Source of the DNA: Podarcis tiliguerta
Taxonomy: Eukaryota
Reading direction: 5' to 3' (one strand)
Assembly (NCBI GenBank): GCA_965153285.1
Contig: OZ229112.1
DNA: 64,000 nt
The notes under the pieces are model-generated. The model had not been told where the DNA came from and did not search any database. It worked only from the letters and a program-made list of their open reading frames with translations. Below, one piece after another: positions 1-55,441 of this stretch. The translations under genes were made by a program, and so were the position numbers. Positions within the stretch are counted from its first letter, which is position 1; every line of letters begins with the position of its first letter.

Positions 1-631
1 CTTTGTTTCTCCTTAATAAGTCATGATCTATAAGTTAGCAACAAACCCATGGCTTAAGATTTGACGAGAAACAAACTGCAATCCCTGGTTTGGTAGAACT
101 GACTTTGGTAACTGCTCCTAGTTTGTAGAGAAACAGACCACAAGCCTGGGTTCGGACAGCATTACAAACCAGACTGTGAGGCAGCCAGAATAAGGGAGGC
201 GGTCAAGGGAACTTCAGTGTGCTCTAGCACACTCATTCATATTAAATGAATCAGACCTATGTATGTGCAGTGTTTTAACTATCAAAACACTTTAATGTTA
301 ATGCTAAATACTATTACTAAAATATGACCTTGTGTTCAAATTGACTCATGATACTGCGTATTCAGTACTATTTCTGTAGTGATTCAAATAATTTTGTTTT
401 CAAATTCGTAAATATTTTAAACATGAGGTTAGGGGAAAAAACCAGTCTAGATTTTATTTGTGTCTGCATGTGAGTCCTTCTTTAAATACTGCTTTCATTG
501 CTGTGTATACTAGAAATCATAGAAGAATTTCAGGTGTCAAATACTGTCCCCTTTTCAAAACATCACCCCCCCCCATAGTTTTCTAAATTAACAGAAGAAT
601 ATTGGATATTTAACTCCTGGTTTCTTCTTAA

Positions 632-44163
<43,532 letters not shown>

Positions 44164-45780
44164 CCAGCATTTAAAAATGCTAATAAACAGGTACAGCTGA
44201 GGAAGTGGTAGAACTAAGGATATCTGCTTTCTGCTGCTATTTACAAATGAGAATACGTTCTGATTTGGAAAAAGTATAGCAAAAACAAACTGAACATTTC
44301 TTTGAAAGAAGTATGTATTTTAAACTTTTGCTATTTATTGCCCTCCAAGTAGGTTATACATTTCAATTCACTTTGTTCAGTTGGTATTGAAGATTGTATA
44401 AATGGAAATTCTTGATTTGAAGAAATGTTACTGTAATTTTGGACAGTCAGTAACCTCTATTTGATTAAAATTGATAGAATTTTTAATGTAACAGACTGAG
44501 AACAGAACTCCTATTTTTGAATGAGCAAGGTACAGTACATTTGTATAGAGTGTAGTATCTGTGTTTTGCAGGATATTAGCAGAGTGTGGCAGTAAATGCC
44601 ATTGAGAACAAATGCAAAATTCCAAACATTGCTAATAAGATGTTTAATTTCAGTAGTAATTGGGCACACAGCTTTGTACAAACAAACCTAGTGCAGCTTG
44701 TTGGTTTATCTAGGTTCAGCCAGAGAGAAAAATCACACTATGTAGATATATATATCCACATTGGAAAAAGTTTGACTAATATGTCTAATTTTTCAGACCT
44801 TCATTCTCGTATCAATCAAATCTCTGTTTATTGTGCCAAAGACTGAAAACCGGTGCAGTAGAAAAGTTTTTAGTGTCAGTGCAGCATACATTTTTCAATT
44901 ATGCTTATGAATCTATGTTCTAAATATACACTGTTCTGAAAAATTATCTCTACTGGTACTTTGTAGTGAAAACAATTAATGCACTGGTGGGATCCTTAGG
45001 CAAAATGTATAATTGGGTTAAAGGATTCAAGGAAACTGCAGGAAAAGTGTGAGATTCTTATGTTTACGATGCGATCAGATTGATTGTTTATACAAATTGT
45101 GTTAAAACTGACTAAAATGTTAAAAAGTGTCTGTGTATGTATATATTATGTACACAAGCACATAAATATATACAATATTACCCAGGAATAATTTTTTTCA
45201 GGACTTTTTAGATAATACTAGATAAAATTTTAAAATGTCATACTTTTATTTTAAGGGGAAAATTGGTTATTTTCAATTATTAAAGATAAAAAGGCCAAAT
45301 CACTTTTTATGCAATCATGTTTTATACAGTGTTCTCATTGCACATTGTTTTTCTGCACTTTTTACAGTGTACTTATCAAGCTGACATAAGTCAATATATA
45401 CACCCTAAAGGAAAATCCCACTTAATGATTGTGCCTTGTAGTCTATTATTTTGTGCATCTTTAGTAAACTTAAGTTGTCTATTGTAAATGACTATATGAC
45501 TTAGGGGAATGTATTGCTGTATGTACTGCTATGGAAAAAGAAACAGTTATTTATTTGTTTATGGTACATTTACTTATTTTATACCTTTAAAACAAAGTTT
45601 GTATTAAAACAAACTTTAATACAATTTCTATTGTTTGAAAGTATAGTCCAGTTTAAAAGGAAAAAAATTACATCTTTAAACAGTTGCATGGTACAAAAAT
45701 GTAACCACACTTTTCATTTAACACCCTTTGGGAGAAGTAAGCCTCAATCTAGAGATGCAGATGTATACATACCTGTTCAA

Positions 45781-46182
45781 AAGATAACTGGTGCCGGCAG
45801 CCTAGCTGTTTGGAGGGTAAGGATCTGAATATAACCTCCCATGCTTCCACTGGTGGGGGGGGGGAATGTTAAAGGGGCTGCTTTTCCACCTCTCCAAACA
45901 GATTATTGGCTCTACCATGTTGGCAAAGCACAGCTAAACCTTCGGTTACGTGAATAGTCACAACAGCCTGACCTTTTGTGTGTGTTGTTACCAGTATTAT
46001 ATTCACGTAACCTAAAGTTTAGCTGTGTTTTGCCAACATGGTAGAGCCAATAATCTGTTTGGAGAGGTGGAAAAGCAGCCTCTTCTTTAACATCCCCCCC
46101 CCACCATCACCAGTGGCAGCATGGGAGGTGATATTCAGATCCTTACCCTCCAAGCAGCTAGGTTGACAGCACCAATTATCTT
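45781..46182. repeat. Long inverted repeat (arms 45781-45956 and 46000-46182, 43-nt spacer)
   Basis: The arms are reverse complements at roughly 90% identity; 52 bp are perfect (45876-45927 vs 46029-46080). Confidence 0.97.
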
Positions 46183-48328
46183 ACGTTTTGTGTGTGTCTA
46201 CCCTGTTGGCAACATTGACAATCTGTGTTAATATGTAGTTTCCAGTCCGGGTTTGAGGACTGCAGGTGGAAGCAACTTCAGGAACTATGTATGCAACACA
46301 GCTATGTATGCAACATGATACTCAATTCATTAGTGCACATATGTTGCTCGCAGTGGATGGCGTATGAGGTTCAAGATTAATATGCATCGTTTATCCATTT
46401 GTGTCCATGGCAATTGGTTCTTAAAATGCATTTCTGATTTTATTGCAAATACTCATAAACATCAAGATAATTCACTTTTATTTGAAGTAGACTAATCGGC
46501 GTTATGATCAGGCCAGTTTAGAATGTTTGGAGGCAGGGAAAATTCTGTTTTGGTTGGTTAGTTGCCATCACCATCTCCTCTAAATAACCCATATTGGTTT
46601 GGCTTTTAAGAAAATATCTTCAACTAAGGGTATTTGCCAAATCATGATTTACAGTAGAATAATAAATTCTACTGGCACTAGTCCTTCTTGGATACCTGTT
46701 TTCATTAGCATATTATAATTATGGGATTTGGGACACTGACTTATGTTTTTAAACATGCATTCTTACTAATATTGCAGACATTAAACATGAAAATATTTCA
46801 GCAGCCTATGTACAGTGATAGTTCATTTCACAATGGAAGCATTACAGTAGATTTATCTTGTCCATTTAAGAATTTCACCATTGATGAAGGCAATCAATTT
46901 CAAATGTGTGATTTCCTTTTGTTATCTGCATTGTTATATAAAAGAAATTGGCAAAGCAAACATGAAACCCCATTACTGTAAGTTACTCCATTTATAACTA
47001 TGTCCCACTTGGCATATATTTATGTATATACTTGTATACATCAAGTATGTGTATGTAACGTTGGAGAATGGAATAGTACACATCACCATCATAGTGTCTG
47101 AAAATTACACATTTCAGAACAAAAGATTCAATTCTTATTTGCAGTACACAAATGTATTGTTCCCCATTCATGAATAATTTTGTACTAAGAATTCACAAGC
47201 TTATTTTTTTCTAACATTATTTTGGTAATACATTTGTGTAGAAACACTTAAAACTGTAATTGTGCTAGATATACTATATAAGTGCTTTAAATTGCATTGG
47301 TTTGACTTAAATTACTGTCATTGGTTAGATTTGACCGATTTGCAAAAAATTTATTGTACCAACACAGAAGAGCTTTTGATTTAGCACATTTTAATATAAG
47401 CAATAAATACTGGTTCACTAACTTTTGGAGAGGGAAACCATAATGAAATGTGTTATGGATAAAACTATTGAGAGCAAAGTAATATTTATTTTATGGCACA
47501 TTTACATGGAAAATACTATGTAGACACTCTTTCTGTTGGTAATTACAGATATTCACACAAGCAATTATCTTACAAACTTGGCAGTAATGAAAACAAATGT
47601 AAAATGCAGTCTACTGATACAGCTTCTGATACAGAGCGGTCCATTAGTTCCATAATGCTGAACATTAAATTACTTCAATATTAACCAGTGGTTACTATAC
47701 AGCGATGTCTGATAGCAGCACATTCCATTTTCTTTGATTGGGAAATAAGTTCATTTTCACTCCAGTAATCAATCCCTTGTTTGGCTAAGCGGGTTTGAAA
47801 TTTAATTGTTTCCCAGGGATTAAGCTTGAATTACATTGGTATAATACTGGGTACTGAAGAAATGATCTTTATCATTGTGGTATGAGTAGCGATGCAGCTT
47901 TACAAAACCCGTCTTCCTATAGTACTGCTGTGATGTAAACTTGCACAAAATTATTCGTACCATTCTGTTAATTTTTCCATGTGTGGTTAATTCAGTTGTT
48001 TAATACTTTTATCTTAGTTTGGATTGATCTTTGTAAAATACCGATTCAAAAGCATGTAGTACTTCTCAACGTTTGAAAATGAATGGGGACATAGTTTCAG
48101 TACATAAGTCATGTGCTGTGTTACGACTCTTTGTGAAATACCAATTTGAGCTTTCAGTTTCATGAGCTTTAGTACATCTAAAGTGATATTAAGACCCCAA
48201 CCAGAACTCCATACACACAGCTCTTAAGTGTGTTGATTTCTGCAAAGAGCTGATCCTACTGTGCTGAAGAATGTGGATCCTTTGCTTTGAAGCAAGAGCT
48301 CCTGGTGGTCTATTTAATGAAAGCTTAA

Positions 48329-48484
48329 GGCCACAATCCAGTCGTGCCTTGCATCCTCAGGGCATGCAGGAGTTTCCTGCCATCCATTTCACCCACACCG
48401 GCCATCAGGCTTCCCACAACTGGAGAGGTGCACTTGTGGAACAGCTGTGTCCTAGTGTGTGTAAGGGACGGACTGGATTGAGCC
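48329..48484. mobile_element. MITE with ~22-bp imperfect TIRs in the putative PHIP 3' UTR
   Basis: ggccacaatccagtcgtgcctt ... aagggacggactggattgagcc; GC-richer island in AT-rich UTR. Confidence 0.6.
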
Positions 48485-49664
48485 TTGTTGTAAATTTTGA
48501 TGTATCAATCTTGCATTTCATGTTCTTGGACCTAAGCATTCATCTGATAAAAGGGCTGTTCAGTTTCTGCTGTAAATAATGTACATATGTTTATAATTCA
48601 AAAAAGGTGTACATTTCATATATAGTGGCCAAGTCTGAAAATTATTTCTAATATAACAAAATCTGGTATTGTGGTTTTTTTTAAATGTGCTAACTTTACA
48701 TAATTACTCTTGGAATAATGGTGAAGCAAAAAATTATTTTGTTGCTCTCATTTTCCCATTTAGTTCACAACATTTTGGAATAAAAGGTACCCTCTGTTTC
48801 AGGAAGGTTACATTTATTTCAGGATATTTTTTGTTGAAACTACCGTAGATGTGAGATGGCATTTTGAAGACAGAAATAGCATAATATTTGCTGTTAAAGA
48901 CCAAACCCCAAATCTCCCTTTTTTAAAGGGTAAATAATTTAAGGAGCTATTTATATGAAAAATCATTTTTCTTTTGATACCAAAAAGGGAGCCAAATGCT
49001 GAATATTTGAATTTTAAATAAATGCAGATAATTGCTTCAGGATATGGTATAAATTTTTGTTCATGATATAATTAGTGCTGGAAATTACTACACCTTTAAA
49101 GATACAGCACCAAATTTCTACACTTTCACATAAGACATTTAACATGGTATATTTATCTCAGATGCATGTTTTTAAAAGGATAGGCTATTGACACACATTT
49201 TGAAGTTACATTTTTGGACCATCACACTGCAAAAATTGAAAAGAAAGTTATTGAGTGAATACCTTAAATCTTGCCACTTAATGTTGAAACATATAATGTA
49301 GTGTAACTTAAGGAAATTGTCTGGAACATCTAATTTTGAAACTGACACATTTTAAAGCTTTGCTTACTTTGTACAGTATGGTGTAAATCCCAAAAATGTT
49401 CATGTAACCAACATACAGTTTTACAAGTTTAGGTTTTATCAAGGTTATTTTCTTTCTCTTCTGCTTTATCAAGTTATAAAGTGCAGTCTCACACCTGGAT
49501 GAACAGTGCCCTTTCTTTTTGTACATATTGATCGAAACTTTTATTGTTATGTGAAACACTTACGTTGGTTTTGATGAATAATACTTGGAATCCTTTTATA
49601 CAAACTAGAATGTATGTGTATGAATTACTGTCACTGCAATGTAGTAACTACAAACCTATTTTTA

Positions 49665-49670
49665 AATAAA
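49665..49670 (+). terminator. Candidate distal polyadenylation signal of PHIP
   Basis: AATAAA with downstream gtttttct...tttgcttttgtt element; interspersed repeats resume about 100 nt later. Confidence 0.55.
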
Positions 49671-51412
49671 TAGAAAACTCGTTTTTCTAAGCTGCTTTGC
49701 TTTTGTTATTAAACTAATATAAATGTGTGAAGTACACAAGTTGTGTCTAAAAACTTTCACCATGCTGCAATCCTACGTTGACCCAAAAATAAGCCCCATC
49801 ACGTTCAATGAGTCTTAGTCCCAGGTAGGTTTCTACAGGACTGCAACTTCAGTGACTTAAATATAAAGGATAGATTGGCAAAAAGAGTAACTTAGTTTCT
49901 TAACACAAATGTTCTAATGGAACTGGTAAATTTTACTACCATCATTATATGCGTGAGACAGCCTTACAAATTCTGTTATCTAGAGATGTGTGATCAACTT
50001 TCTTTCTGAAGGCACTTATTCTTAACAGGGGCATAGGCAGGTATGATAATATACTATACTATAAAATGGATATTGTGTTGGGCTAGGAGAATGAAAAACA
50101 TCCGCATCATTTCCTTGTTAGGAAAAGCTGTCCCGCCCCCATAACCTTGCTTCCTTACATTAGCAAAGCCAGAATAAATTCCACAAAAATAGCAAACTGC
50201 AGATGAAGTACAAAGTACAGGTTGGAAAATATAGAATTTTATTAAATTGGAGATTAAGAAACTATAGGCAGAGTTGTAAATTCTATCCTTTTTGTTTAAA
50301 TTGCATTCCTTAATCTGTGAAATCACTCAACACCTTGCCTAGTCTCATCACCAACACCCAAAAATTAGCAAGTTTTTCAGCAACCATGCAGTTTTACAGT
50401 ATTTCCATCCCTTACTCATAATTTCTTAACTCAGACTGGTTATATTCGAGAAATTTCTCATGTGAGGCAATAAATGCAGATCCTTATATTTGAAGGCCAG
50501 GAGCTTCTGGCATCCAAGGAATTTCTCCCCTGATAAAACTACTCTCAGCAGAGATTTCTTGAACTACACTGACAATGTGGAATTTCACCAAATGCAGTTT
50601 GTACAGTGTAAAACACTGAAAAAAGTGGTTTCTGTCATCAGCCATTAAGAAAAACCAAGTGGCCTTTATGCAATTCTTCAAACTTGGGAGTAACTGGATA
50701 TCTGGACAAAACTGTTGCCCCACATACACAGGTCTGAAAGACCTATGTGAAGAAAGCATGCCTCCATTCATTTGCAAATTGAATATAATCCACATGTACA
50801 AAGAGCTGCTGCTTCCTGTTGTAGGAGACAACTTCCAAGTTTACTTCTCTTAAGTTACCAAGCAAAAACTTTAAACTTCCTTGCTCCAGAAACATGCTAA
50901 AAGAGCAGACCAGTTCCTTAAAAACTAGTGTTCATTTAGTGATTTCACATTTATTTTAGTTTCAAATATTCGTGATTTCACTTAAAATGTGCAGTGCCTT
51001 GGAACGTAACCCCTGTGTAAACTGGGAGTTGCCTGTATTTACATTACTCTAAACGGTATATTAAAAATGTACTTGTATCTATGGCTTTCACAAGCATTCA
51101 CTAGGTTGATTCCAAAGTTTGTTTTATTCATGGAAGGAGCTGCTGATAATGGAAAGTGTCTTCTATGAACACGAGGGCTTCTTCATGACAAGAAGTTTTC
51201 TTCCAAGAAATGAAACGTAAATTGGAATCCAAGCCACAGCTTGCGTCCAAGTGCGGAGAATTACAACCCGTGCTACAATTTCATGGAATCGTTTAAAAAG
51301 TGAACAAATGTCAGTCACTTTAACATTTTGATTATGGAAATGCAAGTTAAGCTTCCCAAGAATAATGTTCTTCCCAAAGGAAAACACAATGATTCAGGAC
51401 TTCAGTAATAAA

Positions 51413-51695
51413 TCAGTTTACATTTATGTGAGCTGCTTGTTTTCTCTTCCTTTCCCCCTTTATTTCAAAAACAGCATATACCCTTGAGGAAACATAGATG
51501 GTGGCACTCTGGAGTCTCTGCTGCAAACCTAGTGAGTCTGGGGCATTGGCCAAGTGATTTTCAAGGTGGCCCTCCCACTCTTTCACTTCCTCTTCCCTTA
51601 TTAGCAAAGGCTTCCCAAGGGGCTGGCCAAGCAACTGGCAAACTTCTTGAGCTTTTTGCCGGGCACTCCCAACAGCAGCAAGACAAACCTGACGT
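51413..51695 (-). CDS. IRAK1BP1: IRAK1BP1 exon 4 (RQVCLAAVGSARQKAQEVC...HINVN*)
   Basis: ttttttgcag| acceptor; ORF 51413-51715; stop TGA. Confidence 0.93.
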
Positions 51696-54600
51696 CTGCA
51701 AAAAAACAAAGACAAATGGGAAGATTTAGCTAATTAAAGCAACAAAAAGGGAGTGTGTCAATTAAAACCATTAACCAATGTAGTACCTACTTTTGAGCAC
51801 TGTATACTCTGCTTTTCAATGAGAAAGACCTTCACAAAGCAACTAACTACGATCCTATACAGGTCTACCCAAAAGTATGTTACTTAGAGTTCATTGTGAT
51901 TAATTCCAGGTATCAGTGTAGGATTTCAGCCTCCATATATTAACCAATGTTATCCCCTCCCCTATTTTATGACATTTAAAATTTATGCAACTTAAACAAC
52001 TAAATTAACCCCCTTCCCCCACTCCACCAGTTTACATTGTTGTGAAAAACAACAACACATGTCAGATTGGAAATCCAAGGTAAGTTTGTCAAAGGCTGAG
52101 AAAGGCAAATAAAGTTCCAATCTCACACAGAACAGAGTTATTTTGTCTTTTCAGAGCAAAGAGCAAAAACCAGCTCATTGTGTCCAGAGTGAGGTGCATG
52201 CTGATGGTGGAATCTCCCATGTTCTGATATGTTAACCATTAATAAACATGTAACAAACTAATGGAAAAGTATTTTTCTTCCACAGGCAACATTTAACTTT
52301 TTTGTTAGTTTTGCATGAAAAGTTAGCTGCCCTACCCTTTGATACCATTGATCTATATTCACTCTTTGAAAGTTTTACCAACTGCATGCTTTCACAGACC
52401 CTGCTGCTGCAGTTCAACAGTTTAATAGTTCTTTATGCTTCAGATATGAATCAAGGCCTATATATACACTTAAGTGGTGTTATTATATACATGCACTGTC
52501 ATTTCAACCTTTCCATACCAGACAGGCAAAACTCTGACACTAAGCCAAAATATATGTGATTGCATTTATTTTCATTCATCTCTTCTTAGGCTGGCTTTCT
52601 CTTCCTCATAGGCTGCAATCCTGTTCCCACTTTACTGGGAGTACAGTGGAACCTCGGGTTGCGAACGTGATCTGTGCGGGAGGCACGTTTGCAACCCGCA
52701 GTGTCCCATCTGCGCATGTGATTTGGCACTTCTGCGCATGTGCAAAGCGTGATTTAGTGCTTCTGCGCATGTACCGAAACCTAGAAGTAACCCATTCTGG
52801 TACTTCCGGGTTTGCCGTGGTCTGTAACTTGAAAACACGCAACCCACAGTGTTCGCAACCCGAGGTATGACTCTACCGGATTTCACGGTTATTCATGTAC
52901 CAGCACTGGGGGTGCTTGACTGAATGATTTGTCATCTTAATGATACATTCCAATTTAGAACCTTCAGAAGAATATGGAGCCTTGTTTTGCTTTTTTGTCT
53001 ACTTTAATATTATATCAACCTCTTTCTTGGGGGATTTGCTCCTGCCATGGCGCTTGGCTTAGTGCTTCTGGTCTGCTTCTCTCCAAGTCACAAGTAGCAA
53101 TCAAGGTTTGTTCTTGGTTTACTGTTCATGGTTTATTTGGGGAAAACAAAAGATGAGCTTGGATTCTTACATAATACAGCTTGCTTTGCAGCAACGGGAC
53201 AAAAGTAAAACACCTGCCGTTTCCAACTGTATGCACTAGCACATTCATTTTACACCCTCATTTATTTTAATGATGGTTTACTATTATGTAGGAGCCATAT
53301 CTATACAAACATGTGTATTCTATCAGCTGTTTTCTTGGACTGGTCAACAAAATAGAAGCTTTGGCTACTTATTAGAGAACAGATTCCCAGAGGCATGGCA
53401 CTGGTAAATCAAGCTAGCGAGACCTAACTTTCTGGTAAAAGGAGGAAGACATAACTTACCGAAGGGCATCTACAGCCTCCACTGTATGGTAAAAGTGAGG
53501 TGGGCTGATGATAACAGAGCTACCTAGCTTCTCAACAAGGAAGTTACAGACGTCTTGCATTTTGCCGAAATCACTGAATGTAATGCAGACCTATATGGGA
53601 ATGTAAAAATTTGTAAGCCTTTTCAGTGCCTTAGCTAAAAATTGGCTAAAGATGAATAATACAAAATCAATTATAATATGCATTTTGTACAAAGCTAAAT
53701 TAGATTATACTTTCATTTATATGCTACCTCTGTACAGTAACTTCCAAGTACCTATGCTACAGAACTGCCTTAGAAGTAAACAGTGAACAGTGCATGAGAA
53801 GTCCCGTTGTGTTAGGGCTGTCATACGTCTGGAATTGACGTCTCGGTGTTTTTGTAAAAAGCTCAACAATTTCAGTGGCGTCCTTTTAGGAAGTGGCCTT
53901 CCTAAAAAAAAAAAGAGCTCAACAACTTTTGGGGTGTCCAGGTTTTTACTATCCTACACTCTGTTCAATAAGACTTCCAGATAAGCATGTATGGGATTGA
54001 AGCCTAGATCCAAGGCTGCAATTCTAAACACAATTCACATAAAGAAAGCTTTTCTTAGTTTCAATATGAATGTTTTGAGGCCTGGATTGTAAATTTGGTA
54101 GATGTTTCAATTTCTGCTTCCATAAATAACTACACCAGTATCTCATTATCAAGCGTGCTGTGATGCTGACATAGTTTTGTAAGGCTATTAAGATGGTATT
54201 GCAGGAAAATATTTCAGGAGTGGGATGGCAAAAAAGATTATAGATAACCACAAGCTGTAATACTGTAATGCATGGGTGTGGAACCATTTTCACCCTTGAG
54301 CAGAAAAGCATATTAGGACATAGTTTCACATTTCTTGTTTAATGCTCAAGATATATAAAAAAATGGTATTTGAGACATATGACCAATACTCTTACTTAAG
54401 ACACTTGCCTCTGCTTCCATCTTATACACATTGTCTATTCTACTAAAGTTCTTTGTCACAGTCATGTCGTTCTCCTAGGGAAAAAAAAAACAGCTTTAAG
54501 TACAAAAGTAAGGAAGAGAATGCTTTTCAGTGAAATTATGGTTGCTTAACTAGTACTAAGCAACGCAGCAGAGTTCATGGTACACTATTTCAAGGTAAAA

Positions 54601-55441
54601 ATAAAAAAATCCAGTTTAGCATAGATGAGTAAAACTTGTCTTCACCCACAATTACTGTATCAAATACTACTCTGGACTGTTAACCCAACCTAAGTAGAGC
54701 ATGAAATCATTTGTCATCCAGCCTGTTACTCCGTAAATATATCTCGTTGCGTTGAATACAGAGAGCAATTTTTAAAACCTGGTTGCCATCTAAGCAACCT
54801 GTGTGCAGCCTTAAGTTCACTGACAGCAGGGAAGGACGGAAATGCAGCAAATACACAATCAGGAAAGACACAGTAAACTTGGGCTTGTAGCCAAGGGTTT
54901 CCTCTCTAGCCTAATCATTCCACTGCGGTTTGAATGCTTCTCCTAATGGTATGGTGTGGAACCACTGCCCCTCCACATGATGCAGCTTGGCTTCCATCAG
55001 ATCAGTGGTGTTGAGGATATCTCTGGGGGTACAAGCGGCCCACCCTTCCCACCAAACTATAAGAGCGAAAGCTTTTCCGGTGCAGAAGATGTGGTGTAGC
55101 CACAGAGAAAGCCATTGAGCTGAGCGCATGCGCAAGAGGTGGGTCAGCTCTCCTCACCCTTTACCCACCGAGATTCCTCCGCGCTGCCGGGCGCTCTGAA
55201 CGACATAATCCAGCCTCCGAGTGACGCTGCTCCGCGCCGCTCCGGCCTCTCCTTTCTTGCTCTTCAGGTAAACGGTGACTTTCGCCCGGTCCGGCCTAGC
55301 GCTGAGCTCCGAGGTGCCGCTGACATGAACTTCCCTCGCCGGCGGCCTCGGGACTTCATTCTCCCGGCTGTTGTCCCCCGCGGCGGGCGGAGGGACCAGC
55401 TCGGCAAACACCCGGGCTGGAGAAAGCGGCGGTAACGGCAT
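51413..55441 (-). CDS. IRAK1BP1: IRAK1BP1 (interleukin-1 receptor-associated kinase 1-binding protein 1, SIMPL domain), 4 exons, 250 aa
   Basis: Exons 55441-55169, 54474-54409, 53590-53460, 51695-51413 sum to 753 nt. Motifs REVHVSGTSELSARPDRA, VCITFSDFGKMQDVCNFLVEKL and KAQEVCQLLGQPLGKPLLIREEE are recognised. The gene is tail-to-tail with PHIP. Confidence 0.94.
52644..52873. mobile_element. Tigger/pogo-type MITE
   Basis: TIRs cagtggaacctcgggttgcgaac / gttcgcaacccgaggtatgactc with TA flanks; internal ctgcgcatg x3. Confidence 0.82.
53460..53590 (-). CDS. IRAK1BP1: IRAK1BP1 exon 3 (VCITFSDFGKMQDVCNFLVEKLGSSVIISPPHFYHTVEAVDAL)
   Basis: atag| ... |gtaagt; 131 nt. Confidence 0.93.
54409..54474 (-). 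CDS. IRAK1BP1: IRAK1BP1 exon 2 (ENDMTVTKNFSRIDNVYKMEAE)
   Basis: Acceptor (t)10ccctag; donor GAG|gcaagt (GC type); 66 nt. Confidence 0.9.

Larger units (their letters stand above)
44164..49690 (+). other. PHIP: Putative long PHIP 3' UTR
   Basis: AT-rich and nearly free of LINE/SINE relics after the stop codon. It ends at AATAAA 49665-49670 followed by a T/GT-rich tract. The end point is inferred and earlier AATAAA sites exist. Confidence 0.6.
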
